Virus record (IMG/VR): IMGVR_UViG_3300046318_000520 | Span: 32,001 to 96,000 of that record | Source of the DNA: a virus | DNA length: 64,000 nt | Direction: 5' to 3' (one strand) | Shown here: in pieces, positions 31,313-41,398 of the stretch | How positions within the stretch are numbered: position 1 is the first letter of the stretch | How the letters are laid out: each line of letters opens with the position of its first letter | Position numbers and translations under genes: made by a program | Notes under the pieces: generated by a model | Seen by the model: only the letters and a program-made list of their open reading frames with translations | Databases searched by the model: none | Told to the model about the DNA's origin: nothing

Positions 31313-32398
31313 TTACTTATCTAATCTGATTCCAACTGTTACCGGAAACCTGGGTAATCCATCATCAGTGTATTCAAAGAATCTGATTTCAGCAGTCTTG
31401 CCGATGTATTGATCTTTAAACATGAGCCAATGCCTACGCTCGTCATGGGAAAACTTCATACCTGAGCTAAACCTCTTTCCGTTTAGTTCATAGATAGGTT
31501 GACCCCATTCTGGTCTGGCATCAGAGGGAACAATATCAATGATAGGTAGTGCCATATCTTTGAAGTCTTTATACTTTAAAAGATTTTCACTTCGTGCATT
31601 AACCTTGTAACTTTCAGAACCCCATCTTACAATGCTTCCTTCAAAACCTTCAGTAAGGTTAAGAGCATGAAATTTGATAAGTTCTTCTTCTGTAGTAATT
31701 CTTATAGTATCAACCAGTTCAATATGCTCACATTGGATATCCCAGCGTTGACTTATTACATCAAACCTGTCAGAGAAAGAATCATCACCTATCATGTCGT
31801 AGTTGTGAAACTTTACCAACTCTGTTTCGTCTGGTCTGTATTTCTTAATGAGCCTCATGTTGTCTTGAAAAGATTTACCATGAGCATAAAGCTCACCATC
31901 CAGTATAAAACCTTCAGGAAGTTTACGCAGGTCAGCCAGGATGTGTTCACAAGTGTCAATAGGAGATCCGGTTCTGGAAGTCAGACTGGCATTAGGACCA
32001 CAAACAGCAAGAGCTCTCATGCCGTCAAGTTTAGGCTGGACGTAAACGACATTAGTATGCCAGTTGATCTTGTGACCATGGTCTTTAAAATCTTTAGCCA
32101 ACATAGGAAGTACAACTGCAACAGTATTAGCTGCTTCTATAGTGGTGAAATAGTCCTCTTTGAGCTTTTCTGCTATTTTGCTTTGCATTTCTGAGATAGC
32201 TTGCTCTTCAGCTGTACTTTCATTAGACTTACCTACGTTCTTAGGTTTACATGTTTTACGGTTAGTTACCAGGTTACCATCCAGTAACCCTGCTGATTGT
32301 ACCAGGTCAGCTCCTTCTGTATAAATATTTAAGATACGAATCTTACCTTTGCTGTCTTTTTTATATAAGCTTATCATTTTCTTTGCGTTTGTTGTCAA
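31313..32398 (-). CDS. ATP-dependent DNA ligase
   Basis: PMLA, QPKLDGMR (KxDG), LDGELY, EGSIVR, LLKYK, G.PRFP motifs. Confidence 0.9.
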   Translation of the reverse strand: MTTNAKKMISLYKKDSKGKIRILNIYTEGADLVQSAGLLDGNLVTNRKTCKPKNVGKSNESTAEEQAISEMQSKIAEKLKEDYFTTIEAANTVAVVLPMLAKDFKDHGHKINWHTNVVYVQPKLDGMRALAVCGPNASLTSRTGSPIDTCEHILADLRKLPEGFILDGELYAHGKSFQDNMRLIKKYRPDETELVKFHNYDMIGDDSFSDRFDVISQRWDIQCEHIELVDTIRITTEEELIKFHALNLTEGFEGSIVRWGSESYKVNARSENLLKYKDFKDMALPIIDIVPSDARPEWGQPIYELNGKRFSSGMKFSHDERRHWLMFKDQYIGKTAEIRFFEYTDDGLPRFPVTVGIRLDK

Positions 32399-32708
32399 TA
32401 TAAGTTTCTAATAATTCATCTACTTCTTCCAGTTCTTCTGCAGTCAGCTGTGAAAACTTTTCTGTAAGCAGCATGACATAGACAAGATCTGTATTGTCAA
32501 GCTCCTTTTTTATTTTAAGTACCACATCTGAGCTGGGAAGAAGATCACAGAGGTGGTTAATAGCCACCTCTACTTTCTTCTGGGATTGGGCCAGTGTATA
32601 TTTTTGCTTATGACTTAATAGTGATTTTGCAAAATCAAGCCTGATCTCTATACACTTCATGTGTTGCATGACGCACATAAATAGTTCTCCAATAGTTCCT
32701 TTATCCAT
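32361..32708 (-). CDS. Hypothetical protein
   Basis: ORF in operon. Confidence 0.6.
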   Translation of the reverse strand: MDKGTIGELFMCVMQHMKCIEIRLDFAKSLLSHKQKYTLAQSQKKVEVAINHLCDLLPSSDVVLKIKKELDNTDLVYVMLLTEKFSQLTAEELEEVDELLETYIDNKRKENDKLI

Positions 32709-32711
32709 AGA

Positions 32712-33551
32712 TTACATGAATGTTACTCCGTATATTTCTTTTACATTACTGGGTTCTATGTTCACTTGTACAAGATCTTGTACAGTTTCTTGTACAGGTT
32801 CTAAGATCTGAACTGGTTTTTGAATACCTGTATTAAGCATGCCGTACTGATCTATAAAAAAGCTGTGTACTTTTTGATGATCTGACAGATAGCTCAACGG
32901 ATGGGATTCTTTTAAAGAAAGCGTGATGTGATTGTATAGGGCCCATGCTGAATCCGGATGGCAATTATAGTTGAAACTGGGCTTATCCATTTCACGCTTT
33001 ACTATACCAGTCTGGGTCAGGGTGAGAATTTCCTGCTCAGCAAAAAGCCGACCAAGGATAGTTCCTTTTTCCCTGGGTGTAAGTATCACATCTTTGAGTA
33101 TTTCTTTGTCCTGGATCAGCTCATCATAGTGCTGTCTTGCGTTAGCAATCTGGTTAATAATATTAGACTCTACATCATAGAGTGCAGAGCCGGAATGTTT
33201 GCGGGAATAGGTCATCATATCAGAAGATATAACCCCGTTCATACATACAAAGACGCTGGCTCCAACGGCACATTTAAACCTGAGTTGCTTGTTATAAGAG
33301 TTACACCAGGCAAACATCATTCCCATATCCTTATCGGTGGAATGTGAAAGCTTGATGGTTCCCTGGGCAACCTGCTGGTCCATGGTTGCCTTGTATGTGG
33401 TGCTTTGAATCTCCAATCCAGCCTGGTGAAGTTCCTGGCTGATTTTATCTATGACATAACCGTGTGGAATAACAGCATACTTGTTGCCATGCTGGGGCAG
33501 AGCTACGGAACGTAGGTCTTGTTCTGATACAATAAGCGTTTTTGCGGGCAT
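32712..33551 (-). CDS. DUF932-like protein
   Basis: Y..IPH, NSYN....F..AVG..VFVC.NG, RKHSG, SAWALYN.IT..LK pattern. Confidence 0.65.
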   Translation of the reverse strand: MPAKTLIVSEQDLRSVALPQHGNKYAVIPHGYVIDKISQELHQAGLEIQSTTYKATMDQQVAQGTIKLSHSTDKDMGMMFAWCNSYNKQLRFKCAVGASVFVCMNGVISSDMMTYSRKHSGSALYDVESNIINQIANARQHYDELIQDKEILKDVILTPREKGTILGRLFAEQEILTLTQTGIVKREMDKPSFNYNCHPDSAWALYNHITLSLKESHPLSYLSDHQKVHSFFIDQYGMLNTGIQKPVQILEPVQETVQDLVQVNIEPSNVKEIYGVTFM

Positions 33552-33560
33552 ATTATTCTG

Positions 33561-35501
33561 TTAAAAAAGTGAGAGTTGTTGAAATGCACTGGGTCTTGTG
33601 GTCTCTATCTGTTCTATTTGTTTATTTATTTCTTCCAAGTAGTAGTTTATATTGATCTTATAATCTGAAAATGGGACAGATGGATCCATCTTATTGACGA
33701 CAGTCTGCATCCATTCACCGGATTCTACTTGTATAGAGCGGCCATCCGGATTACACTTTACAAGCTTGACGCCATCGGAGGAAATAAAATACCTGACGAT
33801 CTTCTGTAACCGGTTAATTGTTAGTGTTCCCATGTTGATAAACCTTTCTTCAAAATACCAGACACTTTTGGATTTGACACCTGCACAATAGTCAAGAATA
33901 TCCTGGTTCTGCATTAGAAAAGTCCTGGGTTCTATGCCGTTAACAAAATATGCATAGATGGCTTTGGGAATAATCAGAAAGCTTTTGTTCTTGTGAAACA
34001 CACTCACTTTCTTTTTAGCAAGGTCTTCCCATTCAAAAGCACCTTTGCATTTTACTTTTCCCTTCTTATTAATAGCAATATAATTGTTAACGTCACGGAT
34101 AATCATCTTGGAATACTCATCATGTTCCAGGTCAAGCTTAGTCAACATAGACCAGCGTTGACAGATCTCCATATATTTTTCAATCTTATCCGTAGGCAGC
34201 ATGGTCTCCATACCGTCTGTGTTTTGCATGAGTGGTATGGCTTCCGGGATTTCTTCACAGATCATTTCATAAAGCATGCTTAACAACAACTGACCATTAA
34301 TAGTAATCTGCATGGTCATCTTTGGATCGTATAGAAAACTGTTTTCGTCACCAGTAAGACCGTATGTACTGTTAAGAATAATCTTAAAGACATAGTTCTT
34401 GGGATCTGTTTTAGGAATCTTTTTACGTTCATCAAAGAACCATTCATAGAGTTCAGTGAATTCATCCTGAGGAATATGTTCCGGATGAAACTTATTACGG
34501 ATAGCCAGGTTAGGATAAAAACTCACAACATCTGAAGTGATGATGGTCCAGCCAGGAGGTGCTTCATAAACACCTGTAGCACGAGCACCGTGAATACCAC
34601 CGAGCCCATAGTCTGTATTCATACCTTTATACTTGACCGTATACTTAAACCCGTCTTTAGTGGACGTGATTACCTTGGTTCTCAGATAGTCATGCATCTT
34701 TTGAAATTCAGGTGTGTTAAACTTGATATACGGAAGCATGCACTGGCCAAGATAGATCTCCGTGCGTGGTGTACGCAGCGTTTTGATTTCTGACTTATGC
34801 CATCCCAGTTTCTTGGAAAGAAAGTGCAGGAACAGTTCTTTAGATATCCTTGGTTCAGATGCACTGTACAGGTCTATGCCGTATTCCTTGGTTAGGTTCT
34901 GGCGCAGGACAATCTGTTCCTTGGAATGAACCAAGATCTGCTTAGTAGACAAGACGTCATTAATACAATATTTGATCACACTTTGCAACTGGTCATTATT
35001 TGTAACCGGTTGATTGTGATGATGAGGCATCTCCTCTACGTTCTCCCAGTCTATGGAATACTGTATCCATTTCAAAGAACTCATCTTGGCTTTGTTATCC
35101 CAGTGATTCATCTTAAAAAGATCTATCTGCCTGATCTTGATCTGGTCAGGACGGTACTGCTGGAATTCATTTCTGTTAGAGCGTTCAATGATTTCCTGGG
35201 CCTTGCTGTATATTTCTTTTACAAGGTCAGCTGTACTTAGCCTGAGCAGGTCACGCTGCTTAAAAAGCATCCATTGTGTAATCTGTGCATCAAAAGCCAG
35301 TCCGTTGTAGGAAATATGCCACTGATTAAGATTGACACAGTCGTTAAGAAACTGTACCATCTCAGGAAAATCATTCTGATCTTCATGAATGACAAACACT
35401 TTTTTGACAGACTCATCTTTATAGTGTTGAAACACTGCTACAAAGCAGTTCACTATTGTCTCATAATCCATTACCCAATGCGTAGGTGTTGCTGTTTTCA
35501 T
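33561..35501 (-). CDS. polB: DNA polymerase, family B (crAss-like)
   Basis: Exo I DYET, Exo II SYNGLAFD, Exo III YCINDV; SDVVSFYP, KIILNSTYG, QNTDG. Confidence 0.92.
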   Translation of the reverse strand: MKTATPTHWVMDYETIVNCFVAVFQHYKDESVKKVFVIHEDQNDFPEMVQFLNDCVNLNQWHISYNGLAFDAQITQWMLFKQRDLLRLSTADLVKEIYSKAQEIIERSNRNEFQQYRPDQIKIRQIDLFKMNHWDNKAKMSSLKWIQYSIDWENVEEMPHHHNQPVTNNDQLQSVIKYCINDVLSTKQILVHSKEQIVLRQNLTKEYGIDLYSASEPRISKELFLHFLSKKLGWHKSEIKTLRTPRTEIYLGQCMLPYIKFNTPEFQKMHDYLRTKVITSTKDGFKYTVKYKGMNTDYGLGGIHGARATGVYEAPPGWTIITSDVVSFYPNLAIRNKFHPEHIPQDEFTELYEWFFDERKKIPKTDPKNYVFKIILNSTYGLTGDENSFLYDPKMTMQITINGQLLLSMLYEMICEEIPEAIPLMQNTDGMETMLPTDKIEKYMEICQRWSMLTKLDLEHDEYSKMIIRDVNNYIAINKKGKVKCKGAFEWEDLAKKKVSVFHKNKSFLIIPKAIYAYFVNGIEPRTFLMQNQDILDYCAGVKSKSVWYFEERFINMGTLTINRLQKIVRYFISSDGVKLVKCNPDGRSIQVESGEWMQTVVNKMDPSVPFSDYKININYYLEEINKQIEQIETTRPSAFQQLSLF

Positions 35502-35544
35502 ATTGTATAGTGTTCAGTTAAGCTGTCCCCCCTTGATATTAATG

Positions 35545-35572
35545 AAAAAAAAGGGAGACGTTAATCTCCCTT
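35545..35572 (-). terminator. Intrinsic terminator
   Basis: AAGGGAGA-cgttaa-TCTCCCTT with an A8 run (U-tract on the minus strand). Confidence 0.7.
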
Positions 35573-35596
35573 GTATTCATAGACATATGATCTAAC

Positions 35597-36010
35597 TTAG
35601 ATAGTAATCAGATTACTAGCTTTGGTTTCTACAGGAGTCTCTGTTTTTTGTTCCAGGTATTGATTGTAATCAAATACATCAGAATTCAGAGCAATCATGT
35701 TGATCAGTTCTTTGATCTCTTCTTTGGTTTCTATATAGTATTCATAATAGGTTTCCATTGTCTGGCGGGATTCTGCATAGTCTTTTCCACCGGGACGCTT
35801 GCCAATCTTAAGCATCTCAGGATCACCCAGGGCATTAAGCTTTGGTACCATCTGCAGTGTTTCTTTCTTTTCTTTGCCAATAAGAGCAAGCACACCTACT
35901 TCAAGGTCATAAATAGCTTCGTTGTATGGAGCTTCTATCGTGGCTGGGATCAGTCTGAAAGTTTTTTTGTTACCCCATGTGGAAGTAACCAATAACATTG
36001 ATTTATTCAT
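35597..36010 (-). CDS. Hypothetical protein
   Basis: ORF in replication operon. Confidence 0.65.
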   Translation of the reverse strand: MNKSMLLVTSTWGNKKTFRLIPATIEAPYNEAIYDLEVGVLALIGKEKKETLQMVPKLNALGDPEMLKIGKRPGGKDYAESRQTMETYYEYYIETKEEIKELINMIALNSDVFDYNQYLEQKTETPVETKASNLITI

Positions 36011-36033
36011 AAGTTCTCTATTTATTCTACAAA

Positions 36034-36594
36034 TTAAACACCTTTATTTAAGCTCTCCAAATTTTCTACAGGAATTTTTAAAGTTTCTTTGTCCATATCC
36101 CAGCTGTCACAGAGTTCTCCGATCTTTTTTAGGAGACTGGGATCTACGTTTAACAGCTTGGCATACACCTCGTAATACTTCTCAGGGTATAAATACGAGT
36201 CTATGTATTTGTATTCTGAAGAAAGCTCACCGTAGTATTCCTTGATGGCCTTTTTGAGCATGGTACTAAGCTTACTGTATTTTCCTGTAAGAAAGTGAAA
36301 CCAGTCATTCTGGTACACCTCAAAATCAAAAACATAAATATTGTAATCCTGGATGTGAATAACCTCTTTGTACAAGGGGTTACCTGTCAACATCTGGGAT
36401 TCAAAGGCCAGAAATTCTTCTGTCTTATCTGCTCTATAGCTGACAATTAGTTTTATATCATCTGCTCCGTATAAGTCATGTAAGGATATATACGTACCAG
36501 AGGGACTAAATGCACTGCTTTTTTTAATACCTAAAACAGGGAACAAAAAACTTCTGGACTTTTGAAAGTACTTTCCATACAATGAGTCTATCAT
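36034..36594 (-). CDS. Hypothetical protein
   Basis: ORF in replication operon. Confidence 0.65.
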   Translation of the reverse strand: MIDSLYGKYFQKSRSFLFPVLGIKKSSAFSPSGTYISLHDLYGADDIKLIVSYRADKTEEFLAFESQMLTGNPLYKEVIHIQDYNIYVFDFEVYQNDWFHFLTGKYSKLSTMLKKAIKEYYGELSSEYKYIDSYLYPEKYYEVYAKLLNVDPSLLKKIGELCDSWDMDKETLKIPVENLESLNKGV

Positions 36595-36603
36595 ATTTAT
36601 TTC

Positions 36604-37635
36604 TTATAGAACTACGTTGCCTTTTGCAAACTCATAGGGCAGGTCGTAGCTCCGGTTCACATAATGCCATTCAGCTGTCTCTAGCACTGTCTTAAATCTA
36701 TCTAACCACTTGTTAAGTGTGGTTTCTGTAACAGGAAAGGAATAGGTTTGGAAAGCCCGGTCAATCACTACAAAGTGAAACTTCACCTGGTACTTATCTT
36801 CTTCTATAAGCTTAAGGTACAATCCGGCTATCATAATCATGTACACCACACATTGTAACCAGTATGAATAGTATTCCACACTCTCCGGGAAGTCTTTCAG
36901 ATCCTTAGAGGTTGTCTTGATATCATTGACATAGATGATCTTATTATCATGGTCTATTACAATGTTATCAATGATACCCTTCAGACCAAAGATCTTACCA
37001 GGGATGTCCATCTGCAGCATCTGCTCGTTGATCACTTCTATGTTATCAAACTCAGAAACATCAGATCCAATAAGACTGCAAACAGCTTTGTTAGTCTTGA
37101 CAATTTCTACGGCACTGCTGCAAAACTTAAAGGTTTCTTCGTCAATGAGGGTTTTAGAACCCTTCATCTTAAGAAAAGACCAGTATATGAATGCTTCAGC
37201 TGTCATTATTTTCTCTAAACGCTGCTTATCAGTCTTAAGACTCTGGTGATAGTTCATATCCATCATAACATCCAGAATAGCTCCTTCAAATTCTTCTAGC
37301 TTTTCCCTGGGATCACCGTTGCGTGAAAGCTCTACATGATGACGGTACACTCTGTCTATTACAATACGGAGGTTACCGGATGGTAGTGTGGCAGGGGAGA
37401 CCATGAATTCTTTTTCAAACTTTTCAGGTTCTAAAAGCAATAGATGAATAAGCTTACCCTGAACCAGATGTGTATCCAGTCTTTCTTCTTTAAGTCCCAG
37501 CACATACATTTGATAAAAAACCTGGGGATTCCATATCAGCTTGTTAAGACTACTATAAGAGTAGTAGAACTTGCTGGCGTAAAATGATTTTTCCTGGATC
37601 TGAATGCTTTCTTGCATTAATTCTTCTAGTTCCAT
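36604..37635 (-). CDS. PD-(D/E)xK (RecB/Cas4-like) exonuclease
   Basis: SYSSL, G.LIH..LLEP, LKGIID...DIKTT, Y.LQ..VY. Confidence 0.8.
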   Translation of the reverse strand: MELEELMQESIQIQEKSFYASKFYYSYSSLNKLIWNPQVFYQMYVLGLKEERLDTHLVQGKLIHLLLLEPEKFEKEFMVSPATLPSGNLRIVIDRVYRHHVELSRNGDPREKLEEFEGAILDVMMDMNYHQSLKTDKQRLEKIMTAEAFIYWSFLKMKGSKTLIDEETFKFCSSAVEIVKTNKAVCSLIGSDVSEFDNIEVINEQMLQMDIPGKIFGLKGIIDNIVIDHDNKIIYVNDIKTTSKDLKDFPESVEYYSYWLQCVVYMIMIAGLYLKLIEEDKYQVKFHFVVIDRAFQTYSFPVTETTLNKWLDRFKTVLETAEWHYVNRSYDLPYEFAKGNVVL

Positions 37636-37657
37636 GATTTAATTTTCTTTTGTATGA

Positions 37658-38098
37658 TTATTTATTCTTTGATGTCCAGGCATTCATTGCCCTGTCACCA
37701 TGTCCAATAACACAACTTCTGCAGAGAACAGAAACCCATCCGGATGTTACTCCCAGGTCTTGTTCTGATCCACAGTCCTGGCAGGTGTGATTACACATAT
37801 GTTCAGCCATGCTGATCATACCTTCTACAATGTCGTCATGACCGTTGGTATAGAACCTGAGTCCTCCGAACTTTTCTTTTAGCTGCACACAAGTGACCTG
37901 CTTAGGCTTGAGCGGGTCATGCTTGGTATACCGGGTTGTCTTATCTATATAGTTTTGGATAGCACCACAGAGCTTGTCTATAATAGATAGCCAACCGGTA
38001 GGTGCATCCTGCCAATTACACTGTCCGGGATTACCTTCGTAGTCCTGAAAGATCTTGGGATACTTAGCTATTAGTCCTTCTGTAGATATCTTTTCCAT
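37658..38098 (-). CDS. Conserved phage protein (QLKEKFGGLRFY family, CxxC)
   Basis: GW..II, QLKEKFGGLRFY, CQDCG...LC..C. Confidence 0.7.
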   Translation of the reverse strand: MEKISTEGLIAKYPKIFQDYEGNPGQCNWQDAPTGWLSIIDKLCGAIQNYIDKTTRYTKHDPLKPKQVTCVQLKEKFGGLRFYTNGHDDIVEGMISMAEHMCNHTCQDCGSEQDLGVTSGWVSVLCRSCVIGHGDRAMNAWTSKNK

Positions 38099-38322
38099 AC
38101 ACCTTGTTCTGTTAAAAATGTACTGATACGTTTAGCTGTAGCCTGGTCATAAGTAAGGGCTTCGGTCATTTCAATAAAATGATAAAGCTCATCTATCTTT
38201 TTATTGGCAGTGTCTAGTTCTGCTATATAAAAATCAGCATCACTTTGCATGGCTTCATTATACTCCTGTTGGTAATCAACTGCAGCATCTATAGTCTCTA
38301 CGGAAAACATTGGGTCTTGCAT
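38071..38322 (-). CDS. Hypothetical protein
   Basis: ORF in operon. Confidence 0.55.
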   Translation of the reverse strand: MQDPMFSVETIDAAVDYQQEYNEAMQSDADFYIAELDTANKKIDELYHFIEMTEALTYDQATAKRISTFLTEQGVWKRYLQKD

Positions 38323-38324
38323 AG

Positions 38325-38564
38325 TTATTTTTTTAATTTATCAAGTATTTTTTGCATCTCAGCAAGCACCTTCCTGTTCATATGATGGGTGCTTTTAGGG
38401 TCCGGGTCCAGCTCAGAAAGCGTTCTGTATCTTTCTTTAAGCTTAACCAGTTCCATGTTGTTGTTCTCCATAGCATCAGCTACTCTTTTAAGTTGAATGG
38501 CAATCTCTGGAAAGGTGTGCTCTATAAGCTTACGACCCATCATGGTCTCGTGTAATTCAGGCAT
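38325..38564 (-). CDS. Hypothetical protein
   Basis: ORF in operon. Confidence 0.55.
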   Translation of the reverse strand: MPELHETMMGRKLIEHTFPEIAIQLKRVADAMENNNMELVKLKERYRTLSELDPDPKSTHHMNRKVLAEMQKILDKLKK

Positions 38565-38566
38565 GT

Positions 38567-38953
38567 TTACTTTTTTTCTGTTTTAGTTTTTACATTATGA
38601 CAAGCCTCACAGAGTACCTGCAGGTTGTCTATTTCACAAAAGAGTCTTTCTACAAACCCTGGTAGGTCTTGTGCACAATTAAGACTTCCTGCTGGGCAAA
38701 TATGATCCACGTTTATAAGTTTATCAGCGTACCATTTTAAACATTGGGCACACTGATACTCAAACTTTTGACGTTTATTTGGTCCTTTGTAGGGTCTCTT
38801 GGCTTCAAGCTTGCACTGTGTAATGGGTTTCCACCAGCGGGATTTTTGTCTTAAAGCAGATCGGATAAAGCTCCAGAAAGCAGACTCAGTCATAGTACCC
38901 GCGTTGCGGGTCTTGGTCACTCTTGGTTTTTTAGTAGTCTTGGCACGGCTCAT
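38567..38953 (-). CDS. HNH endonuclease-like protein
   Basis: CAQC...VDHI.P...NLQVLCEACHNVKT. Confidence 0.8.
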   Translation of the reverse strand: MSRAKTTKKPRVTKTRNAGTMTESAFWSFIRSALRQKSRWWKPITQCKLEAKRPYKGPNKRQKFEYQCAQCLKWYADKLINVDHICPAGSLNCAQDLPGFVERLFCEIDNLQVLCEACHNVKTKTEKK

Positions 38954-38973
38954 ATATGTAGAAGTTAGCTCTA

Positions 38974-38981
38974 CAAATATA
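38974..38981 (-). promoter_or_regulatory. Bacteroidota sigma-A-type -7 element (TATATTTG)
   Basis: Matches TAnnTTTG; similar elements at 44526-44533, 44537-44544 and 56771-56778 on the minus strand upstream of ORFs. Confidence 0.5.
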
Positions 38982-39011
38982 AGGAAGTTCTATATTTTAA
39001 TAATGTAGACT

Positions 39012-39992
39012 TTATACATACGCTCCTGTTTTTTTATTCAGCAGCGGAACCAGCCGGTTGCGTACTTCCTTGGCACCAAAATCCCTGATAGAATCTGAGA
39101 GATCCTTGCTCATTGGTAACAGTAAAGGATGGATTTTATAATCATCCCTGTATTTTTCCATGGCTTTTATGCCAGGCTCGTCATTGTCAAACATGGCAAT
39201 GACAGTAGAATACATTTCTTTGTAATCATCTATAAGATTCTTACGTATCATACTGTTTTCTGAGTCAGGAGCTATGACATCTACGTTTAACCTCAGGCTT
39301 TTCAAGCTCATGATGTCTTTCAAACTGGAGGCAATCACAAGTGTGTGGTGGCCTTCTAGTTGTTCAGAGCCCTGTACATAGTCTCTGATCTTGAGAAACT
39401 TCTTATCCTGGGTTTTAGGTTGGTAAATCTTATATAGAGCACCATCTTCCTTGTAATAACCATAGATATAATTTCCTTTTATGTACAGTTCCTTGTCATC
39501 CTTGGTCATCTTGTAATAATCCAGTGGACGCACGTGATACTGGTCCAGTAATTTAGAACCAATATTAAACTGTGTCCAGTAATACTGATCCTGGCTGCTC
39601 CAGCTTCTAAAACAAACCTGCTCCACCTTATACTTAGAAGCCTGTTTGAATTCCTTCAAGTCGTAGCCTCCGTTATTATGCAGCACAAAGTCATTGTATT
39701 TTTCTACAATGAGCCCGCAGCTTTTATAAAAGCTCAGGCTGGTGATTTCCTTTACCAGGGTAAGATGGTCACCACCTATGCCGGTAGAAAAATCCTTAAA
39801 CTTATACTGCTGTTTTTTATCATCAAAGTAAATACACATACTGGGTGTTTTCTCCTTGGGATTAAACATGGATTTTACCTTGACGTCCTGGCCGCTGAGC
39901 TTTTCCTTTAGCTCACAAAAATGTTCAAACACCCAGGGTACCGGAACATCTTTGATATCATGTACTAGATTTTTTGTGTTAAACATAAACAT
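39012..39992 (-). CDS. DNA primase (TOPRIM, crAss-like)
   Basis: EKTPS..I...FKDFSTG.GGD N-terminal domain; SSLKD, PDSE, FDNDEPG, KDLSD. Confidence 0.85.
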   Translation of the reverse strand: MFMFNTKNLVHDIKDVPVPWVFEHFCELKEKLSGQDVKVKSMFNPKEKTPSMCIYFDDKKQQYKFKDFSTGIGGDHLTLVKEITSLSFYKSCGLIVEKYNDFVLHNNGGYDLKEFKQASKYKVEQVCFRSWSSQDQYYWTQFNIGSKLLDQYHVRPLDYYKMTKDDKELYIKGNYIYGYYKEDGALYKIYQPKTQDKKFLKIRDYVQGSEQLEGHHTLVIASSLKDIMSLKSLRLNVDVIAPDSENSMIRKNLIDDYKEMYSTVIAMFDNDEPGIKAMEKYRDDYKIHPLLLPMSKDLSDSIRDFGAKEVRNRLVPLLNKKTGAYV

Positions 39993-40007
39993 ATATTGAG
40001 AGTAAAT

Positions 40008-40036
40008 AAAAAGAGGGGAAAGTAGAAACCCTCCCC
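40008..40036 (-). terminator. Probable intrinsic terminator
   Basis: GGGGA...TCCCC imperfect stem with adjacent A-run. Confidence 0.45.
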
Positions 40037-40071
40037 GTAATCAAACAATTAAAAATGAACACAGACAGATT

Positions 40072-40683
40072 TTACATATCAAAATCATCATTGATCGGCT
40101 CAAAACTGCTCACAGTTTTAGTGATCAAAGGTTTAAAATGATATTGGTTTGACTTGTCAAACTTATCCAGTTTGGTTTCGTCAAGGTTTACAAACTTGTA
40201 CCTTGGCAAAGAGAGTTTAAGAATGGTTTTACCATTGTATTCTTCTTCTGTTCCTTTAAGGAACCAGTAAGAATCCCTGCCTTTAAGTACCTTGATTGCT
40301 TGTGCAACCCAGTCTTCCAAAGAAGACGCAGAAATGTTATCCAGTTCAGCTCTCAGACCAAGCTCAATAGAGATGGCTGTAAGTTTAAACATGATCTCAT
40401 TTTTCATCGGGTTGGTTTCATTGTGCTGATCTGTCCACATAGTAGCTGTTACTCTGCCTGACTGACCTTTAAACTTTGGACCATTCTCTTCTCCACGATT
40501 GATAGACCAGCCCTCAAAGTTTTCCAACGCTGGTCCTTCCAGTGTCAGTTCTAAAACTTTCTTGTCACCTGCACGGCTGGTTCTCACCTGGCCATCAAAG
40601 ATGTGGGCATACACTACTCCGGGCTGAAGGGATTTTTCTGATCCACCGGTTGTCTTTACTTCTTGTCCTTTTGTACTAAACAT
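40072..40683 (-). CDS. Putative single-stranded DNA-binding protein
   Basis: Sits between the AAA ATPase and primase; beta-rich; acidic-aromatic tail NDDFDM. Confidence 0.55.
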   Translation of the reverse strand: MFSTKGQEVKTTGGSEKSLQPGVVYAHIFDGQVRTSRAGDKKVLELTLEGPALENFEGWSINRGEENGPKFKGQSGRVTATMWTDQHNETNPMKNEIMFKLTAISIELGLRAELDNISASSLEDWVAQAIKVLKGRDSYWFLKGTEEEYNGKTILKLSLPRYKFVNLDETKLDKFDKSNQYHFKPLITKTVSSFEPINDDFDM

Positions 40684-40712
40684 GTTACTGGGTTTTGATT
40701 GAATAATAAATA

Positions 40713-41396
40713 TCAGTTTTCATAGGCCAGGATTGAATCCTTGACCAGGTTAAGATCATTGGGAATCTCTGCTGTGTCAAACATCCCACGGGGTGACTTG
40801 CAGGTGTTCTCACCGTTGTTTTGGGTTTCAAACACATACCTTAGTTCTCCGTCTTTGTTCTTTTTTACCTTGCCAAAAAGCACGATAGAAAACAGACCTT
40901 CCAGAGAAAGCTTTTCGTCCACCATTTTACCGATGGTCTTGGCTTTAACCTTGCGTTTGCCTTCTGTATCCGTAGATTCTTCAGCATGGGTTAAAAAGAT
41001 AATAGTCAGATCATCTCTCAGATCTTTTGGCAGTCGTGCAATACGTGCCAGGTGTGCACCAATACGAGTGAACTTTTCATATCCTTTTTCATCTACGGAA
41101 TCAAAGAATTCAAAAGAGCTCATATACTGGAAGTCATCTACAATGATGGTCTTGATCTCGGTACGCTTCTCATTGACGTAGCGCATACAAGCCTCTATCT
41201 GCTGAGGGCTGGATCCACCATACAGGTTACCGGTAGGATTGTCTTTACTCCAGACACTATACCTTTTCTTCCAGCCTTTGAAGGGCAGGGGCTTGTTTGC
41301 CACGTTAATAATAAATGTTTCCTTAGGATCAAGATTCTCTATACTGGTTGATTTACCAGTACCGGGGTCTGCAATTATCAATATTCCTTGTGCCAT
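40713..41396 (-). CDS. AAA_24 / Sak4-like ATPase
   Basis: ADPGTGKSTS Walker A, IIVDDFQY Walker B, LTHAE, KTIGK, KSPRGMF. Confidence 0.8.
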   Translation of the reverse strand: MAQGILIIADPGTGKSTSIENLDPKETFIINVANKPLPFKGWKKRYSVWSKDNPTGNLYGGSSPQQIEACMRYVNEKRTEIKTIIVDDFQYMSSFEFFDSVDEKGYEKFTRIGAHLARIARLPKDLRDDLTIIFLTHAEESTDTEGKRKVKAKTIGKMVDEKLSLEGLFSIVLFGKVKKNKDGELRYVFETQNNGENTCKSPRGMFDTAEIPNDLNLVKDSILAYEN

Positions 41397-41398
41397 AA

